A DNA stretch of 63,263 nt, filler included, from Craspedostauros australis (Eukaryota), in NCBI GenBank assembly GCA_030167865.1. It is 4 parts of 4 records of this genome, joined end to end, with 100 filler letters (N's around TTAATTAATTAA, not from the genome) between each part and the next. Parts side by side here need not be neighbours in the genome. Positions count along the whole stretch, not along the records: positions 17,263 to 36,905 come from JALAGF010006160.1; 3 more parts are not named here. The stretch is one strand, 5' to 3'. Below the pieces are notes generated by a model. That model ran no database searches. It had not been told where the DNA came from and was given only the letters and a program-made list of their open reading frames with translations. The translations under genes were made by a program, and so were the position numbers. This document shows, piece after piece, positions 22,921 to 33,705 of this stretch. The number at the start of each line of letters is the position of its first letter. Position 1 is the first letter of the stretch.

Positions 22921-25900
22921 ATGGCGCAAAGAACGACAATGGCGGCAAATATGATGACGAGAATGCCATCGATGCTGCTTCTCGCCTGTCTCTTGATGAT
23001 GTCGCCGCACTCCATCTCAGCTACGCCATCAACACTATCGACACCAACTAACACAGCCACAGAAGGCAACAGACAACTATCCGAATCCATGGCGCCCTCC
23101 GCGACGTCAGGAATACTGCGCACTCTGCCGCAAATCGAAGAGCTGCGGCGGACCACTCTGGATTCCGCCACGCGCGTCGAGAACCTGAACATCGTCTCCG
23201 AGAGCGACCTGAAGCAGCAGCAGCAGCTGGACCAGTCAGAACCGTTCGACGAGATCGCCATCTGCCAGATCACGGACCTGAACCGCCACTCGCTGATAGC
23301 CGGCGGCACGCAGATCGCCTTCCCGGTGCCCTTCCCGCTGCAGGTCATCGCGGCCATGTCGCTGGCCATGGAGCACCTCAACACGGGCAACGGCCGCATC
23401 GTGCCGCAGGTGGAGGGCCTCAACCAGCGCTGCAACGTCCGCTTCACGTCGCAATTCCTAGACACGGTGGGCAGCGAGAGCGAGGGCGTCAACGAGGTCA
23501 TCGACGTCCTCGACGAGTCCAAGCGCCCCACCACCTACCCCTGCGCCTTCACGGGGGCCTTCCGCTCGGCCGTCAGCGTCGCCACCGCCATCATCACGGG
23601 CGTCAAGGGCTACCCGCACTTCAGCGGCGTCTCCAACGCCGAGCAGCTCTCCGACAAGGACACCTTCCCGCTCTTCGGCCGCGTCATCCCCACCAACTCG
23701 CTCTTCGGCCGGCCCCTGCTCGACTACCTCCACAACACGCTCAACGCCCGCAACCTATGCGTCATCTACACGGACAACACCAACGGCCTCTCCTACTTCG
23801 ACGGCATCCGAGCGGTCGCCAACGACGTCTACCCAGACACGAACATAGAGTCCGTCGCCTACAACGCCAACACCAACACCGACTGGGCCGAACCCATCAT
23901 CGAGGAGGCCAAGCGCACCGAGGTCCGCTACTTCTTCGTCATCGCGTCCTCCGGTGAGCACGAGCCCCTCATGCGCGAGGCTTACAGGCAGGGCATCGCG
24001 GGCACGGGCGAGCACGTGTGGATCTTCTCCAACGAGCAGGCCGCCGCCAAAGAGCTGGGTCAGCCAAAGAGCCGCGATGACGAGCTCCAGAAGGCATCCA
24101 AGGGCGCTCTCTCGTTCGCCACCATCGGCAGCCTCCCAGGCGTCGGCAAGTACGACGAGTTCGAAAAGGCGTGGAAGGAGCTCAACAACCCCATCGACAA
24201 CTTCTACCTCCACACCAAGATTCCCACCCACCCAGACGCACCGGCGTACCAACCGCAGTTCGATTCCTCAGTCTTCGACATGGGCCTCTTCCCCTTCACG
24301 CCCCTCTTTTACGATGCCACCATCGCCATTGGGTTGGGCGCCTGCGCCAAGCAGCTGGAAAATGCAAACAGCGACGCCCTCAACACCACCTACCAATCCG
24401 GGGCCGATCATTACGCCTCCACGCTCGCCACATCCTTCAACGGTGCCGGCGGCGCGCTCAGCTTCGATGCCTCCACGGGCAACCGCGAACCCACCAGCTC
24501 GCTTTTCGTTTTGGGAAACTTCGTCGAGGAGGAAGAGATGGGTGGTGACGATGGCGACAAACCGACGGGCAACGTCACGCTCGGTGTCCGGCGCATCGCC
24601 TACTTCGACGCTGGAGCATGGACGCAGCAGAATGAGATCATCTTCAACGACGGCACCGGCGACATTCCCTTGGATCTGCCCCAACTCACGGTGGATAAGC
24701 ACTACATCGCCGCGGGCCTTCGCATCGGTGGTTACCTCATGGCCGGCATCATCATCGCTTCCTCCATAGGCCTCATGATCTGGACGCAGCTCAATCGAAC
24801 CATCCGCACCATCCGCGCGTCGCAACCCATCTTTTTGCACCTCATCGCGTTCGGCACAATCCTCATGGCCTCCAGCATCATCCCGCTCTCGTTCGACGAG
24901 GAAATCGCATCGACGGCATCCTGCGACATGGCCTGCGAATCGTTCCCGTGGTTGCTGGCGTTGGGATGGTGCATCGCCATCTCGGCCCTCTTTACGAAAA
25001 CGCATCGCGTCAACCGCATCTTCCACAACCCAGATTTCCGACGCGTCACGGTCACCGTCATGGACGTCCTTCCGCCCATGGCGCTGTGCCTCACGATCAA
25101 CGTCATCATCCTGGTGGTCTGGAGCACCGTCGCGCCGTTGCGATGGAGCCGATCGGCATTGGAGTTCGATACCTTCGGTCGATTGAGCGAATCGCGCGGC
25201 CAGTGCAAGTCCGAGCATTCCCTCATCTTCATCGTCCTGCTGGCCATCGTCAACTTCGGCGTCCTCATCTACGCCATCTACGAGGCCTACATCGCGCGCA
25301 AGATCAGCACCGAATTCGCGGAAAGCGAGTACATCGCCCGCGCCATGTCCATCATCTGCATGGTCGGGTTCCTCGGCATTCCTCTCGTCTACATTGCCGA
25401 AGGCGATTCGGAGAGCTTCTTCTTCGTGCTGGCCGCCATCATCTTCATCGCTTGCATGGCGCTGCTATTCTTCATCTTCGTGCCCAAAATCACATTCTAT
25501 CTGGCGGAAAAGAAAAAGAAGGAAAAGAAACAGCGCATGAGCCAGCACTTTCAAGCCAACCAGCATCAGCAGTACAGCAATGCATCGGGTCTATCCCATC
25601 GCGTCGATCACACGGGCGCCCTCACATCGACCTACCCCGCATCGATGCAATCGACGAGCGAGTCGTCCGAAGTCGGCGCCGCCGTCGTCGAGCATCCCAA
25701 ACTCAAGGAGGAGACCGATGCGCAGGCCAAAACGCTGAAACGACAGCAACGCACGCTGCGACAGCGCATCGAGGATCTGGAGAGTCTCTACGCGTGCATA
25801 CCGACGACGGAGTTCCAAGAACGATTTCAGCGCATACAGCAAAAATACGAAGGTCTGCAAACAGTCGAATCGGGCAGCAGCAGGGGCAGCAGCAAAGGCA

Positions 25901-25929
25901 GCGACGATATCGAGTCAGCGCGAGATTGA
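22921..25929 (+). CDS. Class C (GABA-B-like) G protein-coupled receptor with a Venus flytrap domain
   Basis: Signal-like MPSMLLLACLLMM; flytrap motifs GAFRSAVS and LSDKDTFPLFGRVIP; 7TM motifs IRASQPIFL, ALFTKTHRVNRIF, EFAESEYI and FIFVPKI; C-terminal coiled coil. The start is uncertain: the ORF opens at 22507 and there are several Met codons from 22921. Confidence 0.92.
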   Translation: MAQRTTMAANMMTRMPSMLLLACLLMMSPHSISATPSTLSTPTNTATEGNRQLSESMAPSATSGILRTLPQIEELRRTTLDSATRVENLNIVSESDLKQQQQLDQSEPFDEIAICQITDLNRHSLIAGGTQIAFPVPFPLQVIAAMSLAMEHLNTGNGRIVPQVEGLNQRCNVRFTSQFLDTVGSESEGVNEVIDVLDESKRPTTYPCAFTGAFRSAVSVATAIITGVKGYPHFSGVSNAEQLSDKDTFPLFGRVIPTNSLFGRPLLDYLHNTLNARNLCVIYTDNTNGLSYFDGIRAVANDVYPDTNIESVAYNANTNTDWAEPIIEEAKRTEVRYFFVIASSGEHEPLMREAYRQGIAGTGEHVWIFSNEQAAAKELGQPKSRDDELQKASKGALSFATIGSLPGVGKYDEFEKAWKELNNPIDNFYLHTKIPTHPDAPAYQPQFDSSVFDMGLFPFTPLFYDATIAIGLGACAKQLENANSDALNTTYQSGADHYASTLATSFNGAGGALSFDASTGNREPTSSLFVLGNFVEEEEMGGDDGDKPTGNVTLGVRRIAYFDAGAWTQQNEIIFNDGTGDIPLDLPQLTVDKHYIAAGLRIGGYLMAGIIIASSIGLMIWTQLNRTIRTIRASQPIFLHLIAFGTILMASSIIPLSFDEEIASTASCDMACESFPWLLALGWCIAISALFTKTHRVNRIFHNPDFRRVTVTVMDVLPPMALCLTINVIILVVWSTVAPLRWSRSALEFDTFGRLSESRGQCKSEHSLIFIVLLAIVNFGVLIYAIYEAYIARKISTEFAESEYIARAMSIICMVGFLGIPLVYIAEGDSESFFFVLAAIIFIACMALLFFIFVPKITFYLAEKKKKEKKQRMSQHFQANQHQQYSNASGLSHRVDHTGALTSTYPASMQSTSESSEVGAAVVEHPKLKEETDAQAKTLKRQQRTLRQRIEDLESLYACIPTTEFQERFQRIQQKYEGLQTVESGSSRGSSKGSDDIESARD

Positions 25930-26588
25930 GGGGGTACGTCGTGACGCATGGATCGTAGCACGTACGTGCAGTTATTCATTACTGCGCTTGCGGGGCAATA
26001 GCGGCATCATGGTCACGCCAAACACCATCAGCACAATAATTTTGTGAATGAGAGATCGATAATATCTTATTTTGGTATACGAACTGACTACTTTTCTCAT
26101 AGAATACTTGACCGAAGTTGCGGGAAAGGTTATTGCAATCATACTTGCAAGTGGTTGCAGCACATGATGTCAGAATGTTGAAGGAAAGGACCGACGAGAC
26201 AGAGTTCTTTGTGTCTCCGTGGTGGATAGGCGTGAGCTTGGTATCATAGTTATGCGGTTGCTGTGATATTGGGAGAGAGGTGCCGCGTATTGCTTGGCTA
26301 TGCTTTGGTTCAATGCTGATGTAGAAGGCCTAGCTGTGATGCTCGCAGATGATGGACTCTCCATGTACGAGAGAGAGAGAGAGAGAGAACAAATTCAAAT
26401 TCGACTGCGGTTTCTCGGGGCAAGGTAGCCGAATCGTCGACCAACCAACCACAACGTCACTCTGTGCGCTACTCGGGTGCCGGTTTCGCCGTTGTGTCTG
26501 TTTGTGTGGATGTTCCTCCTTGGTGACATAGATCATGTCGTTGCATGTCTACTCGTGCGCGCACGCACATTGCCGTGCGGATGAATCG

Positions 26589-28172
26589 CTAAATCTGTCC
26601 TTGGCGTTCCTGGGCAAACCTGGACAGCCGTTTTGGCTGGACCTGGTCGGTGCCTGCGTCGGCGCTGGTGGAAGCAAATCGGCTCCCCGACTTCTTTTGC
26701 TGCTGCTGCTGCTTCTGTTTGCGACGACGGTTGGCCTTTTGAGGGTGTCGTTCACGTATGCCGGACGAGGGACGTTCCGCAATGCCGAAGGACGAGGGCC
26801 GTTCTTGGACGACGCCAGAGAAAATGGATGAGTCCAACGCTTTGTTCGGTTGCTTCGGTCCCGCCGTATCCGATGATGATGCAAGCGCTGCTGTCGGTGC
26901 AGATGGTGGATTTTGCTGCGCCTGGGGCTTGCGGATGGTCGAAATGGACGTTTGTCCGATGCGAGGGATTTCCTTCACTTCGTTCGTGCCGAACGACACA
27001 GCCTTGGAATTCGGTGCTTCTTTCACTTCTGGCGCTGATGCAGCGCCGACTGACTTTGTGGGCACAATCTTCTTCTTCGTCTTCTTTGGCTTGGCATTCA
27101 GGAACCCTTTAGCCCAGCCACCGCCTCCTGAAGATGCTTGCTTTTTCTGCAACCGCTTCTTGACACCGCCTTGCTTCGAGGTGCTGATGGCAAACGGCAC
27201 GGCCTTGCCACCCTTCTCCTGCTCCTCCTCGAGACGCGCGAGCTCTTCCAATCGATCCGATAGGAGTTGGAATTCTTCATCGGACACCATGCTCTTGCTT
27301 TGCCTGCTCTGCTGCGTGCCTGCCGCTTCGTTGGAGTCTGCACCTTTTGAATCATTTGATGGAAGCACGGCACCACTAGCACGACGAACAACATCCTCGC
27401 CATCGCCTGCGGGGGGCTTGCCGACAGCCCCACTTTCAGTTTCTTTGACCTCGCCGTCATCCCTCTGTTTCTGCTGTTGATGTTGCTTCACCATCATCTC
27501 GAGCTGCCTCGTGACATTGATGGCACTGGCACGCACCGGCTGGCCGCTGGCATCGAATTCTTCTTGAATGTCGAATAAAGGCAAGGAATCATCCATTGGC
27601 GGGTTGTTGCTTGTGGCGGATGCGGATTTGTTGCGCAGGATCGATGATGATGATGATGGTTGTGGTGCTGTCGCCTTCGCAGATCGTTTGGCGGTTTGAG
27701 CTTGTGATGATGGGGCATTTGATCGTTGCAGCCATGCGCGAGCCTCGGGCACGGTCACCTGCAGACGCCGTGTCTCCCGTTTCTGCTGCTGCTTCTCCAT
27801 GATGGCTTCACCAGCGTCCGTGTCAGCCTTCTTGGTCGTACTTGTGCCACGTATCTCCACCATCTCCTGATCTCCTTCTTGTTCGTTGCTCTTCGTCGCG
27901 CTGACAGCATCTTTGGTTGACATCTGCGGCGCTAATTCTCCAATCCAGAATGCTTGCGATCTGCGGCCCTGCTTTGCAGAAATGCAAGGCACAGGGATGA
28001 ACACCTTGCGACCTTGCAATGTGCTCGTGGCAGATGACGATGCGCCATCTTGATTCAGAGCGCCGGATTGGGGGCAGGCGTCGTACTGACCAGACAGCGC
28101 GTACTTCAGCAGTCCATCCACTTGCGATACATCCAGGTTGTGCTGAATGTCGGAAGGTCCTGTCATTGCCAT
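26589..28172 (-). CDS. URI/Bud27-like unconventional prefoldin RPB5 interactor (divergent)
   Basis: Prefoldin-like hairpin KVFIPV...AFWIGEL; LPLFDIQEEFD resembles the Bud27/URI DIREE motif; RLEELARLEEE; C-terminal SGVVQER and KRLSRFAQER resemble the URI box. Confidence 0.6.
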   Translation of the reverse strand: MAMTGPSDIQHNLDVSQVDGLLKYALSGQYDACPQSGALNQDGASSSATSTLQGRKVFIPVPCISAKQGRRSQAFWIGELAPQMSTKDAVSATKSNEQEGDQEMVEIRGTSTTKKADTDAGEAIMEKQQQKRETRRLQVTVPEARAWLQRSNAPSSQAQTAKRSAKATAPQPSSSSSILRNKSASATSNNPPMDDSLPLFDIQEEFDASGQPVRASAINVTRQLEMMVKQHQQQKQRDDGEVKETESGAVGKPPAGDGEDVVRRASGAVLPSNDSKGADSNEAAGTQQSRQSKSMVSDEEFQLLSDRLEELARLEEEQEKGGKAVPFAISTSKQGGVKKRLQKKQASSGGGGWAKGFLNAKPKKTKKKIVPTKSVGAASAPEVKEAPNSKAVSFGTNEVKEIPRIGQTSISTIRKPQAQQNPPSAPTAALASSSDTAGPKQPNKALDSSIFSGVVQERPSSFGIAERPSSGIRERHPQKANRRRKQKQQQQQKKSGSRFASTSADAGTDQVQPKRLSRFAQERQGQI

Positions 28173-29223
28173 GATCCTAGCGCAGCCGGCTTGAGTGTGC
28201 TCCTTGCGTTGTTGCGGGAGCTGCGATGTGTTGCAATGCGATGTGCTTGTATCACTTACTGCCAATATGTATGCTATTGTACAATATATAATACTATTAC
28301 ATAAAGAATGGTGAACACCCTTCACGTGATGGGCCTTGATGTGTGTCGATTGGTGGGCTTTCTGCACATGTTTGGATCTTTGTGCGAGGCGTGATGTGTG
28401 TGTAAAATCGGGACTTCATTTCATGATTTCTTGGCGAATCCACAGTCACAAAGCTTGTCTGCGTTGGGTGGGAGGGTTACTCGTGTCTCAAACAATCAGC
28501 TGCTGCCAACGTTTTTGGTTTCGGTTGGTTACAATTGGATCACAAAGCAAAGCTGTGTAGATCATAGTGAATGTTTCGTGCCTTTCGGGGACATGTTCCC
28601 TGAGATGGCCTGTTCTCAACCGGCTTGAGACCGTTTGTTGTTGAGAGCCAGGCAGTGCAAAGTGAACTTGATAGATGAAAACTGGAGGGTAATTGCAATA
28701 GGTTGTGAATTACTATCGAACCTGATTATGATGAAAGGTTGTCCAACTTGAGGAGTCATAGAAAAGTCAAGCATGCAAAGCCATGGGATAAGCCGTCGTT
28801 TGGTAGAGCCAAACAGGACACCACCTGCTCCTGTGGAGCAGTTGATGCATATCCTATCTTTGGAGATCTGACCCGAATCCTCCGATCCAGAGCAAGGAAG
28901 AGCCAATTCGGTCTTGTTGAGAGCTACAATCTGATTGGTTGCAGCAACAGATGACAGAAGGAAGCAATGCACTTGCAGATGGAGTGTTGCTTGCGTCAGA
29001 GCAGATGGTGACAAGTGGAATGCAAGATCAGATCGTCATGAGAGCATGGCGAGTGTCTGATTTTGCGCCTCGTCTTGCTTGGTTATCCACTGTGTCCTTG
29101 TTGCACATTTTGTGCATGTCAGTGGGTCCTGGTGTCAAGTGAGCGAATTAATTGTTTATCACATAAGGACTCACTGACTTGGACTCGCAGCTCTAACGCG
29201 GTTGTGGGGCTAGTGTGTCCCAA

Positions 29224-30050
29224 CTCTCCCTCTCAGCATTGTCCATGGTGGAGCACAATGTAGAAAAACTGTGACTCCCCAGCGGTTGGCATTTTCCTAC
29301 CATCCCATGAGCTTGGAACGAAGATGCTCCAACGCGTCTCGAGCAAGCCCCTTTGTGAAGACGTATGCAATTTGAATTGGTGTTGGAACGTGGAGAATTC
29401 GAATGAAACCCTCCTTCACCCAGTACCAAAAGAAGTGCCACTTCGTCAAGAAGTGGCTGGTTCTTGACATCACTTTGTGCTGTGTGGCAAGTGCGATGCA
29501 TGCCTCGTTGTCATCAAACACGGTGCATTGAATGTCCGTTTTGAGAGGCTCCTGCATTTGCGTGGCGGCGGCCACTTCACGAATCAGTTGTTGGATCGGG
29601 ATGAGGGCTCGAATGGCGAGTGACAGAGCTGCATACTCAGACTCCATGGTTGGTAGTGCAATCTCTGTTTGCAGCTTGGATTTCCAAACAAGCGGGCACC
29701 CTTCCAATACCACAACGTACCCGGTTCTGGATCGTACTGCATTGGGTGACTCATGTGCTTCCCTTTTATACAGTCCAGCAAAGTCTGCGTCTACGTAGCA
29801 TTGAAGGTCCAGATTCCCAGTTGGCTGTACAATGGTTCCTTGCGTTCTGGTCTGTTTGAGGTAACGAATGATCATCTTCATGGCTTTTGCGTGGGGCTGT
29901 CGTGGGTCGTTGCTGAAGCGAGCGACTTGTGATACCGCATAGGCCAGATCTGGTCGAGTGTTGGTAGTCAGATACAGCAACATACCGACGATGGACCGGT
30001 AGTTCCAACTCTCTTTCATGGGTGGTGAATCAAGACAAGCTCCAAGGGCG
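29224..30050 (-). mobile_element. Ty1/copia (CoDi-like) RT C-terminus, RNase H and polypurine tract, degenerate
   Basis: WNYRSIVGMLLYL, TRPDLAYAV, CYVDADFAG, EIALPTMESEY, VFDDN and AYVFTKGL (ADxFTK altered). PPT GAGAGGGAGAG at 29234-29224. Confidence 0.92.
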
Positions 30051-30255
30051 AGTTGTGTTGTTGAGTTGAGATTCAATGAGGGACAGACTATTACCGGACA
30101 TGGTATCAACCCGATGGGAGAAATTCTTGTTTTGGCGCGAAATCTTCCGACTTGATTGACCACCAAATCTTTTCTCCTCCTTTCTCTCCTCCATTCACGA
30201 ATCCATCATGACTCAAGCATGACCGACCTGACTCACACCTCACCTTGGGAACTAT

Positions 30256-30869
30256 CCCTTCATGGACCAGCCCTAAAGGATCTGTCAGAGCCATTATAAA
30301 GCCTCCGTGTTAAATTTCTACAGCTTTTCCCTACCATGTCCTACGCACAAAATCTAATTCTGTACTTGTCTCTAAACTGGATTTAGACTGTAATGGTCAG
30401 CTCATGATGAGAAGAAACAATCAAAGAGATTGCGTGCAACGGAGCATGATCCACGAGTGATGAGCCACAGAGATCATCAGAGAAGCAATGTGCTGGCAGG
30501 CATTCATGGAGCTGTATGGACACGCCTGTCAAGTGATGCATGCGAAAAACGGCGATTGAGTTGGGAGATGTGAGCACCAAAAAACCATTGATGTGTCACG
30601 AAAATCAGCGATGATGGCCTCGCTGATGAGTTTTCCNNNNNNNNNNNNNNNNNNNNNNNNNNNNNNNNNNNNNNNNNNNNNNNNNNNNNNNNNNNNNNNN
30701 NNNNNNNNNNNNNNNNNNNNNNNNNNNNNNNNNNNNNNNNNNNNNNNNNNNNNNNNNNNNNNNNNNNNNNNNNNNNNGGAGGGGTACATGTAAAAGTTGC
30801 GGTCAAAAACGGAATGGAGTGACAATGAAATTTATATTGGATCGAAGTAATCCCCTAGGTCATGAAGGG
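30256..30869 (-). mobile_element. Non-autonomous piggyBac-type element (internal-deletion derivative)
   Basis: Terminal inverted repeats CCCTTCATG / CATGAAGGG; flanks CTAT and ATAT. About 30420-30869 is the reverse complement of about 33706-34160. Confidence 0.8.
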
Positions 30870-31363
30870 ATATGCTCCTCAGATCCTTTTACTACAACAT
30901 ACCTCGATTCCCTCCATGCTGATGACTATTGCACCACTGCCGTAGTCTTGACACGTGTATCCAACCTGCTTCAACTCGAGCAATGGAATCCGAGGGTCAG
31001 CTCCAGCCACAGCCACTACTTCATGACCGTCACGATTAGGTGTCATGGCCTACACTGCAGTGTATCTACATGTATGGAGAGCAAGGCACTGTTATGATCA
31101 TCTACCCTCAAGCACTGAACCAAGTACATCAGTGCAAGGTCTCGCCAAGTTGTGTGACATCGTTTCTTCACCCTACTAACACCACAAGCTAACTCATAAT
31201 AAACAGACAAGGATTAGCTACAAAGCACTCTTCTACTCATCATTACAGTAACAACTATTCAAACAGTACACCTCTCTTGGACTGCATCACACGGCTATCC
31301 CAAAGCCGGCAGATCCAAGAGGCATCCTCCACCGATTCGCGCCGACGACGCTCGAATCCTAAC

Positions 31364-31381
31364 TGGTAGCTGCGAGTGGTT
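31364..31381 (+). other. Primer-binding site, probably complementary to initiator tRNA-Met
   Basis: TGGTAGCTGCGAGTGGTT is the complement of AACCACTCGCAGCTACCA, a CCA-ended tRNA 3' end with the ...GCTACCA pattern of eukaryotic initiator tRNAs. It lies about 410 bp upstream of gag. Confidence 0.6.
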
Positions 31382-31791
31382 GCCAAATACTCCCTTATCA
31401 ACTCCACCGAGCATCTTCCTCTGCCAACCGATTGCAAGAGTCTCTCTGAGACGAAGCCAAAAGGCACAGCTCGCAAACCGAGCCTCTACCAAAGGACCAC
31501 GTCCTCATCGCATGCATCTGATCTGAAATCAGACCCCCAAGCTCGAAAACCGAGCCACTCAAGAGGACAAAGGTCCCAGCTGAAGGTAAGCAACCCAAGG
31601 TCGAACTTCAGTAGCCTCTGCTAAAGCAAGCTATAACCGCACTCGCCGACCGAGTACGAGCCTCTCCAAGCCTGCATCGAACTTCAGTGCACACCTTCCC
31701 AACGAAGTGAAGCCGAGCAAGAGCAAGAGAAGGCAACCAGATCGATCCCCTCGAAGTCTGAAGACTACTCGAGAAGTCCCCGCTATCCATC

Positions 31792-33705
31792 ATGGCGGAA
31801 AAGACAACCCCTGCCATGCTGGAAGAGCTGCAAGCGCAGCTCAAAGCGATCACGGTCGAGAACGCCCGCCTCACACAGGCGACGTTGGCGGCCAAAGCCG
31901 CTGCAGAAGCAGCAAATGCGGCTATAGCCACTGCCCAAGCAGCAGCTACAGCCACCACGACCCCAAACCGCCCTGGTCTCGAGCGCAGCCGTTCAGCTGG
32001 CGACACGAGAACCCGGACGGACCAGTCCTTCCTCAATGACAGCATCTTTGACATGGAAACACCCATGCCCAAGAAGAAAAGGATGTCAGGTGAGGACAGT
32101 GATGACGACGACGATGACCTCTCTGGGAAACCAACCGTTCCCATCATGGGAGGTCTCCTCAAGCAAGGACGCAACTGGGTACCCTGGACCGCAGGCGCAC
32201 CAAACGCGCAGTGGACCGGTCTCCAAGACGAGTCACAGACCAGGTGGACCAACTCTCAACAACAGAGAATCCTCCACAACGGTGCTGACTCCACCAACCA
32301 GTCCAAGCAAGAGCAAGGACTCGCCAACAAGTTCAAGAAGGGAGGCAACATCCAGCAGTTCATTCGCTTGGTGCGTAACCACATGGCCAAAACTGGACTC
32401 CTCACCATGGCGTACATCGCTGACAGCAACGCAGAGTCAGAGATGACTTGTGTGCTTGACTCTCCAGCCTCTTTCACTCTCAAAGATGCCACTGAGCACT
32501 TCAACGAGTACCACCTGAAGTGGGATCACTACAACGTCCAGAACAACGAAGCTGCCGCAGCGTTCTTCCGCGATAGTCTCGACCCAAGTCTTGAAGACCA
32601 GCTCATGAACCGAATCGAGCCAAAGTTCCACGACAACTTCATCACCCTCTTTGTTGAGTTCATGAACAGCAACTCGGCCAACTCTTTGGATGAGCAAGAC
32701 GCTCTTGCAGCCAAGATCCGCGAAGTCAACTGCAGAAGCTTCCCCAACAAAAACGTTGGACTCATGGCGGTCCACCTTCGTGCCCTTTGCAAGTGTCTTG
32801 ACGACGCTGGTTGATTCGACCTCCGTCTCCTCCGAAAAATCCTCGACACCTTCCTTCAAGCGGGAGGACAGATCCGGTCCGGTGAACAGTACCGACGTCC
32901 TCTCTATGTGATGAAGGATGACCTTGAGGAAATCCTCATGCGTCTCCCCGTCTTCACGTACGAGCACGTTCTCCCCAGGCTTGCCGCAAAGGAGCTCACA
33001 TGGATGGCAATCTGCAACAAGGCCCAGTCGTTGTACGACAACAAGGTGCGCGGAAATCGCTGGCATGCCATCAGGCATACCAAAGATAGCAACGTGCCCA
33101 GGTACTCGTACGTCAATAACGCCATCCAGAATCCAAGCGCTAACGTTCTCGAGCAACACAAGGGTTTCTCTAAGAACGACGGAAAGAGAAACAACTCCAG
33201 GAAGCCCAAGGAACGCAACGCCAAACGCAATGCCGACCAAAGCTGGTCGTCCAAAGCCCCCAAGCCCGGTGAACCTCAGCGCAAGCTTGTCAACGACAAG
33301 ACGTTCATGTGCGCCAAGTGCCGCCGCTGGCGTCTCTCGCACAACACCGAGAGTCACCAGGACAACTTCAAGTTCAAGGCGAAGGCTAAAGGCAAGCATG
33401 TTCCCAAACAGGACAACCTCTCCATCGACATGGCTGCGTGGACATGCTTCACAGCCGCCTCCAGTCAAGACGAAGACACCTGGTGGTCCCTCATCTGGAA
33501 CCTCTTCACCTCCTTCAACTACTTTGGTAGCATCGTTGGAATGGTTCTCCTCTTCGCTTCACTCCAAGTCATCACGATTGGAGTAGAGCATGGGTGGTAC
33601 ATCGCGGCAGCTAATGCCTGGATGCTCATCGCTGTAACTCTACTTCTCCTCCACACGAACGTTGCACAAAGACCCGACTCAATCAACTCTACTGATCTAG
33701 CCTAT
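31792..33705 (+). mobile_element. LTR retrotransposon (CoDi/copia-like) gag, with one premature stop and truncated by a piggyBac insertion
   Basis: ORFs 31792-32814 and 32908-33720 are in the same frame across a single TGA. Knuckle-like CAKCRRWRLSHNTESH; upstream PBS. Confidence 0.7.

Noticed and set aside
22713..25958. Long antisense and alternative-frame ORFs over the GPCR (and likewise over other GC-rich genes)
   Set aside because: Expected shadows of high third-position GC codon usage.
28540..28900. Copia protease/integrase remnants (IRFDSNSQPIAI; LFGSTKRR)
   Set aside because: Suggestive but too short and degenerate to call without a profile search.
30097..30118. GGACA-TGGTATCAACCC as a second PBS
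   Set aside because: No definable LTR upstream or gag directly downstream, and the match is short.
32812..32814. Programmed readthrough or selenocysteine at in-frame TGA codons (also 35419)
   Set aside because: Both elements are otherwise truncated, and point mutation is the simpler explanation. I would reconsider only if the stop is conserved across intact copies.
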